A stretch of DNA of 64,000 nucleotides from the human T2T-CHM13v2.0 reference genome, Homo sapiens. The position numbers and the translations under genes were made by a program. The stretch lies in the NCBI RefSeq assembly GCF_009914755.1, contig NC_060937.1; one strand, given 5' to 3'. Shown in pieces: positions 34,547 to 50,675 of the stretch. The notes under the pieces were generated by a model that had not been told where the DNA came from, made no database searches, and saw only the letters and a list, made by a program, of their open reading frames with translations. Every line of letters begins with the position of its first letter. The stretch's first letter is position 1.

Positions 34547-36350
34547 CATCCTATGGCATAGTTTTGGATTATGTTTCTGGAAGCTTAGACTCAAGTCTGG
34601 TTCCATAGCCTTCTTGTTGTTTCTTCAAGCCACACACAAAATCTTGTTATAATTCTCAAACCCACCACCCCCACCTTATTTAGGTAGAATGAGCTTCTAT
34701 CGCTTATAACAAAGAAACTTGACTATGCAGTAGAGGTTGAGGATGGGGAAAAAAACTGCTGAGAGAATCATTGGTTCATAAGAAGACTGAGCTTGGTATA
34801 AAGAGGCCACAGTGTGTGGAGGCATTTCAGGACTAGAGGCAAAGCATATTTCCATGATTATCAGCAGCACATATGAGCCTAACTCTAAACAGACCAAGTA
34901 GGAGAAGTCACATCTCTGTGGTCACTACGTTAGGTTATGCAGTGACCAGGCAGATGTATCTGCTAAAGCATCAGCATCGGCAGATACAGTGAGAAAAGAG
35001 GTCAATGCTCTAACCAAATGGGATGAGTCACCACAACCATAGGAAATAATTAGGGCCAGACACTTCCTGCCATTTGCTAATTGGAAATTTAGGTTTATCT
35101 TGTACCCAGAGCCCATGTTGGGAAGAAGGAGTTGGAGAGAAAGTGAAAATCTGGAAATGAGCGATTACTCTAAGTAGACTATTTCCAAATAAAGCCACTA
35201 GGATACATTTAGTTGGCGAACTTGAGAGCCAAGATGAGGTAAGTAATTTAAAACACAGAAAATCATATTTCTGCATGTCTGAGTATATAGACAGTAGATT
35301 TCAACCCCTTGACAATACATGGTGAGACATAGTCCAATGTTAATGTAGAAAATAATTTTTTCCTTTGGCTGTGGTAGATAAAAACTAAAAATTCAGTTCA
35401 AAGTTATAAAAAATATATGTAATCTTATTATACATAAATTTTATTGACACTTTTTTTGGTGGAGTTGCATTTTCTTCTGGATAATAGTGAAAACAAAATA
35501 TTTGTTTACTGTGAATTAAAGGATTACAAAAGACATTCTAAGGCCAATAGTTTGAATACTTGCTGCTTTCTGTTATTAAAAAAATGAGCTTGGAATTTCT
35601 TTTTCTGTCCCACCTCCAAATATAGCTGATGTAGAAGGGAGCAGATAATCTCAGTGCTTTAGACTTGAATTTGTATTTAAAAACAGAGAAGACAGATAAG
35701 AGAAAGCTGTAACAAGATATTACTTACCTATTTATCTAAAAAGATATCTACATAATAGACTAAGTAAAAATATCAAAGATCTTTGATTTGAGCTCTTAAA
35801 GTTCCAGAGATGAGAGAAACTTAGTTTCCCTCAGTGAATGCAGGTTTATTCTAAATGTAACCTGTTTATTGAATGGCCTGGACCCAGTGTTGTACAGTAG
35901 GAAAGGACTCCCTCACCTCCCTCACCCCCTTCACCCTCAACTGACATCAAAAATGGTCTACCACTCTCTCTTCCTTCCCCTAGGATGGCAGCTTGGGAAG
36001 ATCTCAGAACCTTTTGGTATCTTTCAGTTATGAGAATTTTATTTTCAGGTAATATACTGGAAGTCCAGCAGACTACAGGGAGCTTTTAATGTCATACCTA
36101 ATTCAAAGATGCTTCTTCTCTGCACAAGGCTCCAGCTCCCACTCTTGCCCAGTCAGATCTGTGGCTCAAGAACAGGCAGTAAATGGTTTTTTCATGTGCC
36201 TCTTCTTCCTCCCACTCCATCATCTGGTTTGTCCAGGGTGTAAGAAAAGAGAATGGAGATTAGGGGGAAAAGGATAACACCTGTTATTTTGCTGGAGCTC
36301 TTTCTTCTTTGGTTCGCACTGGCTGGACATCAAACCTTTCTTTGTGGCGG

Positions 36351-37300
<950 letters not shown>

Positions 37301-38548
37301 GCAGGAGTCCAAACACTGTCTCCTTAGTGTGATACATTAGTAGGTTCTTCTTAGGCACCCGTTTCCATTCTTACCTCCACACTCTACCAAGTCCTTGGCA
37401 TAGACAATGCCACTTATGACTAAAATAATGTAATGTCTTTTCAGAACCTGTCACATTTGATATTTCTTCAGTCTGTTACCGTGGAATTCTGTCTGGACAG
37501 TTCACGTTTCTTCAACAAAGTCCTTCATCAAGACACTTGGGCTACCTTAGGAGGTATCCACTTGCCCTTTAGTTTTGAGGAAGACGGAGCTACTTAGAAA
37601 TCCGAGGAGGCACTTTAGCATAATAGGGTTTCTTGAAGTAGATTTAAATAAGGAGACGCCAAGATTCCACATTAATTTTTGAGGGACTGAGAAACAAGCC
37701 CCCTTTAGGGCTTCCCACTTACTTTTCAGTTCTAAGATGAAATGATTTCTGTCATTTTATGCCTTTAGTTTACAAACATATATATTCTTAAAGGGGTACA
37801 GGAGAATAACACAAAATTTCTCTAAAATCTAAAAGTATGGCAGGTAGCCTGCATTTTTTTGGAGGTGTGGAAGGAGTAAGTTTCCTCAAATCTCAACGTA
37901 AGAAATTTTTGACATGTGTACATAAATTTAAAGTATTCCCTCTTAATAGTTTTCTTTCCCTGTTCACTTTTAGACACTGAAAAATGATAAGTAATAGGTA
38001 ACACACGGGTTTTAAGTAAAGTTAAATTTACCAGACAGAGGGTTTCACTCCAGTCACTTTTGTTTCCTTTGGAGAATGTTTTCTTTTTACCATTTTTTTC
38101 CTTCATTCCATATATTTTGCCACAAAGCACTTTTGCACATTTCTTCCCTGAGAAAATGATGCTGTATAGGATAAATCGGAAAGAGTAGAGTCTATTATTC
38201 TCAGCTTTGAACAAATTCCATGCATCAGACTTTCCTGTGGTAAAGCCAGATACAAGTACAGAGCAATTAAATGACAGAAACGAGAAACACAGAACTTGAC
38301 TGTGTGCATGGTGTTTCTTCTTCCTTGTAGGAATTTGTTTAAGTGGTTGATAACTGGGTTTTTGGAAAGAAAATCTTCTGCAGTATAAAATGCATTTATC
38401 ATTCATATCTCATGGGGCATATTTACTGGGGCGAAAAATTCTTTTGAGAAATTCTGACTTTCTAGACTGAAACAATTAAAAATGAAAATAAATCCATTGA
38501 AATCTCTCTTGACTTTAAAAACCTATGCTCAGTTTTGCAGGTCGTGGA

Positions 38549-38551
<3 letters not shown>

Positions 38552-38590
<39 letters not shown>

Positions 38591-38595
38591 TGTGT
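38552..38595 (+). repeat. (TG)n microsatellite
   Basis: Seen directly. Confidence 0.95.
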
Positions 38596-38879
38596 TTACA
38601 GATATATTTACATATGCACACATAAGGCATATTTTTATATATGCTATACTTCATCATTCAGTATTTTTGCATGTGAACACTTATGTTTGTAATAAACTCA
38701 AACTAGAAGGATATTTTGGTATCTGTGAAAAGAAATAGTAATTTACAATATTTTATAACCTTATTTTCTTGAAAGAAAATATTCTATAGCCTTATTTTCT
38801 TTAAATTAAATCTTTCTTTTTACTAAACCTAGTATATCCCCAACTTTGAATACCTAATCCAATGCTATAATGAAAATAT

Positions 38880-39130
38880 TAATTATAACTCAGATTATTG
38901 AATGCTTTCTATATGCTAGGAATTGTTCATAGCAATTTATGTATATATTTAGTAATTTAATCGTGACAGTAACATTATAAAATAGATACTCATATTATCT
39001 GTTTTTCTCAGTTGAGGAAAATGAGGCATAGAGAAAATTTCACAGTGTCACAGAGTTAGTAAGTGACTGAGCCTGGTTTGGAACCAGGCCACTGGTCTCC
39101 TAAATCTATGTCCTTAACTACTACAATACA
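38880..39130 (-). mobile_element. MIR SINE
   Basis: 'cagttgaggaaaatgaggcatagaga...gtcacagagttagtaagtgactgagcc'. Confidence 0.75.
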
Positions 39131-39379
39131 CTGAAGTTGTAAAATGGGAAATGGGCAGCAAAAACATCTTGATCAATCAGAGTCAGTAAAAATCGACAGA
39201 ATCACATTAGGTTTCTACTTATTTTCATCGGAATTGGCATTTTGATTGCTTGTTATGGTGACTTTGAATGAAGGCACGCAACATAAAATGAAAAACTGAA
39301 AGATCACTGTCCAGAGCAGGGATTGACGAAGGCTTGTTCTGGGACTACTAGCACCCTAGCACCACTTATCACTTATTAG

Positions 39380-39712
<333 letters not shown>

Positions 39713-40290
39713 TAAAGGTTCTGTTTCAGTGGGTTTGCAATGGGATTTAGGAATCTATGTTTAAAATCTCCTTTGGAGGTCTGGGTGTGATTTAGATAAG
39801 AGGATTCCAATCCAACTCTTTTTAGAGCTGTTACGTTGTTATTGTTTTAGTTTATTGTACTCTATGTTATTACTTAAATTGTAATCTAAAATCTTTAATT
39901 TTAACCCATCTATTTACATGGATTTTAAAAGTTTAATTAAAGAGATTAATGCTTGAATATTTTCTATGAAGGGACCAATATAGGGTTGCCCTGGCCAAAT
40001 CGATAGTTTAATGTGGGTGTACTACTGTATTTCCTTCATTCAATGCTGCCTTTGTTTTCTTTGCATTCTTATGTTTCTGAAAGTACATAGCTGAGGGAGT
40101 TGAAGGTTATACATAAATCTCCCTTGGTTTTCATTATTATTAGATTGATGGTGCTTTTGACCTGAGGAAAGGGAATGCTTCTACCTCCTTGAAGCCTGCA
40201 CTTTCTCCAGTGAAATATAGGAACTCTGCATGAGACTTGGGTTGTGGGGGAGAGTCACAGGAATTGGGGCTGGTGTGGTTACAGGGATTA

Positions 40291-40945
<655 letters not shown>

Positions 40946-41307
40946 GAAGCTGAATCTAGGGGGCAGGAGTGAATCCCAAGCCAGGTCGATAACCAACTAA
41001 GTCATCATTCCAAATGGAAAATCTAGGTAAGAGGGAATAGGAAGGAAACAGGGGCAGGGAGTACCAAGTGCAGAAAAGGGGCTGAGATTACAATGATTTA
41101 ATAATTTGCTGAGTAGTTTACGATTGTTGAAGGTGTATTTTATCTGGTACCCACAACCTTAGCTCTGGATGAAAAGCGTCCTGATGTGCTTCAGACCTCC
41201 ATCTAGAAGGTTGTATTTACATAGATGGAAGATATGAATTGAGATGAACTGTACTGATAAGAATTACTCAACTCCTCTTTATTTGCTGTATGTAGAAATC
41301 ACTTACT

Positions 41308-41604
41308 GGCCGGGCGTGGTGGCTCAAGCCTGTAATCCCAGCACTTTGGGAGGCCTTGGTGGGTGGATCACGAGGTCAGGAGATCAAGACCATCCTGGCT
41401 AACGCGGTGAAACCCTGTCTCTGCTAAAAATACAAAACCAAAATTAGGGCGCCTGTAGTCCCAGCTACTGCGGAGGCTGAGGCAGGAGAATGGCGTGAAC
41501 CCGGGAGGCGGAACTTGCAGTGAGCCGAGATTGCGCGCCACTGCACTCCAGCCTGGGCGACAGAGCGAGACTCTGTCTCAAAAAAAAAAAAAAAAAAAAA
41601 AAAA
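41308..41604 (+). mobile_element. AluY SINE with a deletion of about 15 bp at the start of the right monomer
   Basis: AluY diagnostics 'accatcctggctaac' and 'agaatggcgtgaacccggg'; perfect TSD agaaatcacttact; pure polyA tail. Confidence 0.95.
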
Positions 41605-43655
41605 GAAATCACTTACTGTTAACAGTGTAATTGAACATGATAGTGCTCAGCTTCAGGCATGCATACATATTTGTACATTGCTCCCGCCTCTCAGCAATAG
41701 AGGAGTCAAAAAGTAGATGATAATAAGTGAATTCTGAGCCACAGAAATATGTTTTCTCTGTCTACTATTATTCTGTTGTTGCAAGTAATTTTCAAATTGC
41801 AAGTTGCTGGGCGTGGCCCCTAGAATCCACAATATCTAGTGTTTCCAAGTTGAGAGAGGGGACAAATTCTCTCTCCATCATCTCATTTTCTATCTTTTTT
41901 TTGTAGAACTTGGCTACCCACATCAGTGCTGCCTGACCTTTTATAGAATATTTAGTAGATTACATAACATTTGAGAATTGTGCTTACTCTGAGAGAATAA
42001 AAGTGTTCTGGAACTAAGTCATTGATCTAAAATGAACACACATGGAGGAGGACCCAGCTGACATTTATGCCTGCAGTGGGAGAAACACATGATTTTTAAA
42101 AGCCTGGATAAAGAAATTGTAACAAGATTTTGATTTTTACAACAGGAGACTTAAGAAATAGGATAGACCTATTCTATTGAATCCTATATCAGGATTAAAT
42201 TTTAGTGGTCTTTGACTGTAATTGACTAGTATTTTAGGGAAAAATACGAGAATGAAAAAAGTGATTAAAAGTCTTGAATTTCCTTAAGACTCTGTTAAAG
42301 AAAAATTAGTATTTTTTGTCCAATTTTTGTATTTTGTGTGTATGTGTGCTGATTCCTTATTCAGTACAGAAGGAAACGACACATTTTTGATCAGTTATGG
42401 TTATTGAAAGACCTGACATCTCTATGTACCATTTCAGTTATAATAATTGTCAGTTGACGTGACTCATGAACTTGAATATGATTTTTAAAACAACCACTTA
42501 AACCATGTGTATGTTTAGAAGTTTCCCAGACATATAAAACACATAGGAATGCATTGCTTTTTGTATCAACTTTTCGTAAATTTTGTTAACTCTATCGCTC
42601 TAGAATCTAAAGTGGCTCACTAAATGCATTTAAAATCAAATTTCTTATCACCTGGGGTGAACAGAGTAGACAAAGAGAGTTGCCAAATTTATTAACTATG
42701 TTAATCAATAAGACATTTGACTTTAACATACATGGGATTACAGAATACATTCTTTAGTGAAGTTATTCACATTCCAATAACTTACCTGTTTTCTATGAAG
42801 AATATTTAAATATTGAGTAAAGGCTGTAACTGGTAGCTATAGCTCCTTAAAAACTAGGTATACTTACTTCTCTTTATTAGATTTATTGATTTTATTTTTA
42901 ATAGACTTTTAAAAGTGACTGTTTTTTAAAGAGTGGTTTTAGGTTCACAGCAAAACTGAGAGGAAGGCGCAAAGATTTTCCATGTACTCCCTTCCCCGAC
43001 ACGTGAAAAGCCTTCCCCATCATCATCATCCCCCACCAGACTGGCACGTTTGTTACAACTAATGAACCTCTATTGAGGCATCATCACCCACAGTGCATAG
43101 CTTACATTAGGGTTCATTCTTAGTATTGTACTTTCTATGGATTTGGATAAATGTATAATGACATGTATCCACCATTATAGTATCACATAGAGTAGTTTCA
43201 TTGCCCTAAAACTCCTCTGTGCTCTGCCTATTCATCTCTCTCTCTCTCCTAATCACTGGCTACCACTGATTTTTCACTGTTTTCATAGTTTTGCCTTTTC
43301 CATAATGTTATATATTTGGAATCACACAGTATATAGCCTTTTCAGATTGGCTTCTTTCACTTAGTAATATGCATTTAAGGTTCCCCCATGTTTTTTCATG
43401 GCTTGATAGCTCATTTCTTTTTAGTGCTCAGTACTATTCCATTGTCTAGATGTACCACAGTTTATTTATCCATTCACCTACTGAAAAATATCTTGGTTGC
43501 TTATAAGTTTTGGCAGTTATTAATAATGCTACTATAAACATCCATGTTCTGGTTTTTGTGTGGGTAAAAGTGTTTAACTTTTTTGGATAAACACCAGGAG
43601 GTTCAATTGCTGTTTTGTATAATTAAGAGTATGTTTAGTTTTATAAGAAAACACT

Positions 43656-44132
<477 letters not shown>

Positions 44133-46187
44133 TCAGTGTTCTGGATTTTGGTTATTCTAATAGGTGTGTATTGATATCCCATAGTTGTTTTAATTTGCAT
44201 TTCCCTGATAGTATGGAGCATTTTTTTTTTAATATGCTGATTTGCCATCTGTATATCTTTTTTTTTTTGGTGAGGTGTCAAAATATTTGGCCAATTTTTA
44301 AATTAGGTTTGTTTTCTAATTGTTAAGCTTTAAGAATTCTTTGCGTATTTTGGATAACAGACCTTTATCAGATGCATCTTTTGCAAATATTTTCTCCCAA
44401 TCTGTGGCTTGTCTTCTCATTCTGTTGACATTATCTTTTACAAAGCAGAAAATTTTAATTTTAATGAAGTCTAGTTTATCAATTCTTTCTTTCATGACCA
44501 TGCCTTTGGTGTTGTATCTAGACCCAAGGTCATATAGACTTCTCCTGTTATTTTCTAGAAGTTTTATAGTTTTGTAATTTACAGTTAGGTCTATAATTGA
44601 TTTTGAGTTAATTTTTGAAGGATGTAATATCTGTGCCTTTATTTATTTATTTATTTTTTGCATGTGGCTATCCAGCTGTTTCAGCATCATTTGTGGAAAA
44701 GACTATCTTTGTTGCATTTTATTGTCTTTGCTCCTTTGTAAAAGATCAGTTGACTGTATTTATGAGGTTCTATTTCTGGGCTATTGATTCTGTTCCATTG
44801 ATTTATTTGTCTATTCTTCTGCCATTACCACACCATTTTGATTACTGTCGCTTTACAGTGAATCTTGAAGTTGGGTAGTGTCAGACCTTCAACTTTGTTC
44901 TTCTCCTTCAATAATGTGTTAGCTATTTGGGTCTTTACTTCTTCATATAGACTTTAGAATCATGTTGTCAATATCCACAAAATAACTTGCTGAGATTTTG
45001 ATTGGGATTACCTGACATCTTGACAATAGTGAGTCTTCCTATCCATGAGCATGGAATATCTCTCTATTTCTTTGAATTTTTTCATCAGTTTTGTAGTTTT
45101 CCTCATATCGATCTTATACATATTTTGTTATATTTATGCATAAATATTTCATTTTTGGGATGCTAATATAAATGATATTGTGCTTTTAATTTCAAATTCC
45201 ACTTGCTCATTGCTGGTATATAGAAAAGCAACGGACTCTTGTATATTAATTTTGTATCCTGCAAGTTTGTTATAATATCATATTAGTTCCAGGAGATTTT
45301 CATTGATTCATTCAGATTTTCTACATAGATCATATGTCATTTGTGAACAAAGACAGTTTTTTTCTTCCTTTTCCATCTGTATTCCTTTTATTTCCCTTTT
45401 ATGTTTTATTGCATTAGCCAGGACTTCCAATATAATGTTGAGTAGCAGTGATCGGAAGGTACATTTTTGCCTTGTTCCTGATCTTTTGTGGGAAAGATTT
45501 TAATTTCTCACCATTAAGCATCATATTAGCTGTAGATTTTTGTAGATGTTCTTTATCAAGTTGAGAAAGTTTCCCTCTATACCTAGTTTACTGAAAATGC
45601 ATATCATGAATGGATGTTGGAGTTTTTTCAGATACTTCTTTTTGCATCTATTGATATAGGTATGTGATTTTTATTCTTTAGCTTGTGAAGTGAGGGATTA
45701 CATTAATTTATTTTTGATTGTTGAACTAGCCTTGCATACCTGGGATAAATTCCACTTGGTTATAGTATATAATTATTTGTATGCATTGTTGGATACTATT
45801 TGCTAAAATTCTGCTGAGGACTTTTGCACCTAAGTTCATGTGAGATATTGGTCTATAGTTTTCTTTTCTTGTAATGTCTTTGGTTTTGGTATTATGATAA
45901 TGCTGATCACATAGAATGAGTTAGGAAGAAATTCCTCTGCTTCTATCTTCTGAAAAGAGATTATATTTTCCTTAAATGTTTGGTAGATTTTAGCAGTGAG
46001 CCCATCTAGTCCTACTAGTTTCTGTTTAGAAAGGTTATTAATTATTGTTTCAATTTCTTTAATAGATATAGACTTATTCAGATTATCTATTTCTTTTTGT
46101 GTGAGTTTTGGAAGATCGTGTATTTCAAGGAATTGCTGCATTTTATCTAAGTTATAAATTTTGTGGGCATAGAATTGTTCATAATAT

Positions 46188-46694
46188 TTTTGTTGACTGT
46201 GAGCTAAAGCTTTCTTTGTTCATTTCTTGTATCTAAAGTACTCTTCAATGTCATCCTTGGCCTGAGCTTCTTTGCCATAGTCCTTAACTACTACAGAACT
46301 GCAACCAATCACTTTAAAAAGTTTTCTCTCTTTGTCAGTTATGCAGAGGACAACCCATATTCTTAGTTTCTTGTCATCAACTTTAATTATGTTGATTTTG
46401 TGTTTAGCAGAAAGGACATCCACCAATGACATACATAGGCTCACTGCAGTTGGATGCAAGCATACAAAGACGGGCTTAGTGCTTGTTTAAGGCTTGGCAG
46501 CTCTGTGAATTCCATGTACTGGGCTCCTGTGGATGAGGATAGTCTTCAGCACTTTTTGCAAAGCAGTATTAATGTCCATTATACCTTTAGCAGCAATGCC
46601 TTCATCGACCATGGTGGTGGGTTATGGATGAAGCCAAATATTGAATGCACCTGAGCCTCCACCTCTGCACAATTTAGCTGTGGCAGGTAAAGAT
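46188..46694 (-). pseudogene. RPS12: Processed pseudogene of 40S ribosomal protein S12; includes the 5'UTR; CDS-equivalent 46612 to 46220
   Basis: Translates [28 protein letters not shown]...[31 protein letters not shown] versus RPS12 [28 protein letters not shown]...[31 protein letters not shown]; intronless; 1-nt and 2-nt frameshift deletions plus a codon loss; approximate TSD cataatattt/tatagtattt. Confidence 0.95.
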
Positions 46695-48065
46695 CTATAG
46701 TATTTCTTGATCATCCTTTTAATGTCCATGGAATATGTAGTGATGTTCCTTCGTTCATTTAGGATATTAGTAATCTATCCTTTCTTTTTTCTTAGTTATG
46801 GTGGCTAGAACTTTATTGATTTTATTGATAATTTTAAAGAATCAGCTTTAGATTTTGTTGATTTTTTCTATTGATTTCTTGTTCTAAATTTCATTGATTT
46901 CTACTTGAATTTTTATTTCTTTTCTTGTGCATGATGTTTTAATTTAAATTTTCTAGTTTCCTAGGGTGAAAGCTTAGATGACTGCTTTTAGATTTTTCTT
47001 CTTTTCTAATATATGGATTCAGTGATACACATTTCTCTCTAAGCTCTGCTTTTGCAGCATCTCACAAATTTTGACAAGTTGTTTTTTCATCTAGTGCCAA
47101 ATATTTTAAAATTTGTTTTGAGATTTCTTTTTTGACTTATGTGTTATTTAGAAGTGTGTTGTTTAATCTACACATAATCTGGGACTTTTCAGCTATCTTA
47201 CTGTTATTGATTTCTAGTTTAATTCCATTGTGGTCTGAGAGCAGATATTGTATTATTTATATTCTTTTAAATTTGCTAAAGCGTGTTTTGTGGACCAAAA
47301 TTTGGTCTATCTTTGTGAATGTTTTATGTGAGCTTGAGAAGAATATATATTCTGCTGTTGCTTGAAGTAGTCTCTAAAAGTCCATTTTTATCCAGTTGAT
47401 TGATGGTGGTGTTGAGTTCAACTATGACCTTACTAATATTCTGCCTGCTGGATCTGTCCATTTCTAAAATAAGGGTATTGAAGTCTCAACTATAATAGAT
47501 TTATTAATTTTTCTTTTCAGCTCTATCAGTTTTTGACTCATTTATTTTGACACTTTATTGTTAGATGCACACATATTGAAGATTGTTATGTCTTCTTGGA
47601 TAATTGACACCTTTACATTATGCAATGCCCCTCTTTAACCCTGATAACTTTCCTTGCTCTGCAGTTCTGTCTAAAATTAACAGAGGTACTCCTGCTTTCT
47701 TTTGATTAGTGTTTGCATGGTATACCTTTCCCCATCCATTTACTTTCAGTCTATATTTGTCTTTATATTTAAGGCAGTTTCTTGTAGACAACATATATTT
47801 TGGTCTTGTTTTTTGATCCACACTGACAATCTCCATCTTTTAATATGTACATTTAGAGCAATGACATTCAAAGTGATTACTGATATAATTAGATTAATAT
47901 CTACTATATCTGTTACTGTTTCTATTTATTGCTCTTGTTCTTTGTTCCTATTTTTGTCTTCCATTCTTTTTCTGCATCTTCAAGTTTTAATTGAGTATGT
48001 CATATGATCCTTTTTCTCTCCTTTTTTTAGTATATGAGTTTTACTACTTAAAAAAAAATATTTTT

Positions 48066-48435
<370 letters not shown>

Positions 48436-48632
48436 TTACAACTAATCGAAGTCTACTTTCAAAGAACACTATACTATGAGCATATGAGTATTATACCTGA
48501 TAATAGTGGTACTCACATTCTCACAGGTAGTGCAAGTACCTAATAATAACAAAATAATTCTAATTCCTTTCTGTCTTTTTTCGTATTATTGTTGTTACTT
48601 GCTTTGCTTATATGTAAGCATATTAAAGCATA

Positions 48633-49134
48633 TGTTGCACATAAGGGTTGTAGGAGTCATGGGAGAGCTTTCCCCTTAGCCCACTGAAAAATATACTCAC
48701 AAAAGGCAGATAAATTGGAGAAAAGGCATATAAATTTATTTAACATGTATGCATGGGGAGAATGACAGAATGATTGCTTACCCCTCAACAAGATGAAAGA
48801 AGCATATATATCACCCTGGCAAAACAAGGGGGAGAACTGTCTGTTGAGGGACAATATTGTCTGTTGATGGAAAATAAAGGAATACTAGAGAGAATGAATG
48901 GATCCAGGAACAGATATTAACTTGTAAAGGGTCTATTCAGATGTGGCTACATTTTTGGTATTACAGGGAGGGGAAGAGGAAACAATTTTTTTGAGGTGGG
49001 TCTGGATCTCAGGCAGATAAAGGTTTTGGGAGAGACAGTACTAGGGAGAAGGTTAGAGAGACCTTGAGGCTTCTTCAGTTTAAGCATGTCAATGTGCCAT
49101 ATTTAGGAGTATCAGCTTCTGAGCCCCAGCAACA
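48633..49134 (-). mobile_element. ERV1 (MER4-group, LTR29/LTR49-like) solo LTR
   Basis: Minus strand begins 'tgctggggctcagaagctgatactcctaaatatggcacattgacatgcttaaactgaagaagcctcaagg'. Confidence 0.7.
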
Positions 49135-50559
49135 TATATAAATGAATACATTGTTGCTATTGTTGTTTTGAACAAATTGTTATCTGTTAGACAATTGAGT
49201 AAGAAAAAAGAGGAATTTTAATTTTACCTTCATTTATGTTTTTTTCTCCAACGCTCTTCTTTTCTTTACATAGGTTCAAGTTTCTGACCTATGTTATTTT
49301 CCTTCTCTCTGAAAGACTTCTTTTAGCATTTCTTGCAAGGCAAGTCTACTGGCGACAAATTTCCTCAATTTTTTGTTTGAGAAAGTTTTTATTTCTCTTC
49401 CACTTTTGAAGGATATTTTTACAGGGTACAGAATTCTAGTTTGGTGTTCTATTTCTCTCAACACTGTAAACATGTCACTCCACTCTTTTCTTGCATGAGT
49501 ACTAAGGGAGAAGTCAGATATAATTTTTTGTTCTTTGCTAGGAAAGATATATATATTTTTCTTCTGGATTCTTTCAAGGTTTTTCTTCTTTATCTTTGAT
49601 TTTCTGTAGTTTAAAAATAATATTCCTAGGTGTATATTTTTTGCGGGGGTGGAGGTCATTTACTCTGCTTGGTGTTCTCTCAACTTCCTGGATCTGTGTT
49701 TTGATGTCTGACATTAATTTGGCAGAAATTCCCAGTCATTATTACTTCAAATATTTCTTGGGTCTCTTTCTCTATTTATTCTCCCTCTGATATTCCCATT
49801 ACACATATGTTATGCCTTTTTTAGTTGTCCCACCATTCTTGTATAGTCCATTGCTTTTCCCCTGTATTTAAAAAGATTTATTTTCTTTTCAGTTTTAAGA
49901 TATCTATCGATTTATCCTCAAGCTCAGGATTCTCAACAATCACTAGTTTACTAATAAGCCCACCAAAAGCACTCTTCATTTCCTTTACAGTATTTTTTAC
50001 TTCTAACATTTTTGTACATTATTAGAATTTCTATCTCTCTGCATACATTGCCCATCTTTTCTTGCATGCTGTGTACTTTATCCATTAGAGCTCTTAGCAT
50101 GCTAATAATAGTTGTTTCAAATTCTCCATTTGATAATTTCCACCATATCTGAGTTCTGATGCTTTTTCTGTTTCTTCATGCTGTGGTTTTTGCCTTTTAG
50201 TATGTCCCGTAATTTTTTTCTTCATAGCAGGACCTGGTATACTGGGTAAAAGTAACTGCTGTGAGCATGTCTTTAGTAATGTGGCAGTGAGGTGTTTGCG
50301 AGTTGGTGGACTGGAAGCATTCTATGGCTCTATGATTATGTCTCTGTCTTTCAGAGAGCATGTGCCTTTGGACTATGAAGTTCACATGTGCCTCTCAGTT
50401 ACCCCTTCCCCCTTAGGTGGGACAGGATGGCTAAAATGAGCTGGAGTTGGCTATTTCCCTATGCCCAGGTCAGTCAGGCTCTGATAAAACCCCAGGAGGT
50501 TAGACTCTGGTTAAAAAGTTTCTCTTGAGGGTATACCTTGTTAGGAATAGCAGAATGCT

Positions 50560-50675
50560 GATGTTAAATGATGAGTTAATGGGTGCAGCACACCAACATG
50601 GCACACGTATACATATGTAACAAACCTGCACGTTGTGCACATGTACCCTAAAACTTAAAGTATATATTAAAAAAA
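50560..50675 (+). mobile_element. Extremely 5'-truncated young L1PA (L1PA3/4-like), about 116 bp
   Basis: 'gttaaatgatgagttaatgggtgcagcacaccaacatgg...gtaccctaaaacttaaagtata'; TSD gaatagcagaatgct/gaatagcagaatgtt. Confidence 0.95.

Noticed and set aside
35110-35246. Strong donor GAG|GTAAGT at ~35240
   Set aside because: Upstream candidate exon contains stops; an isolated splice motif is insufficient.
37822-38406. 194-aa minus-strand ORF as a CDS
   Set aside because: K/F/S-rich composition typical of chance ORFs in AT-rich DNA, with no domain motif.
42455-42466. Overlapping CRE-half/AP-1 motif TGACGTGACTCA
   Set aside because: Short motifs are expected by chance and there is no other regulatory support.
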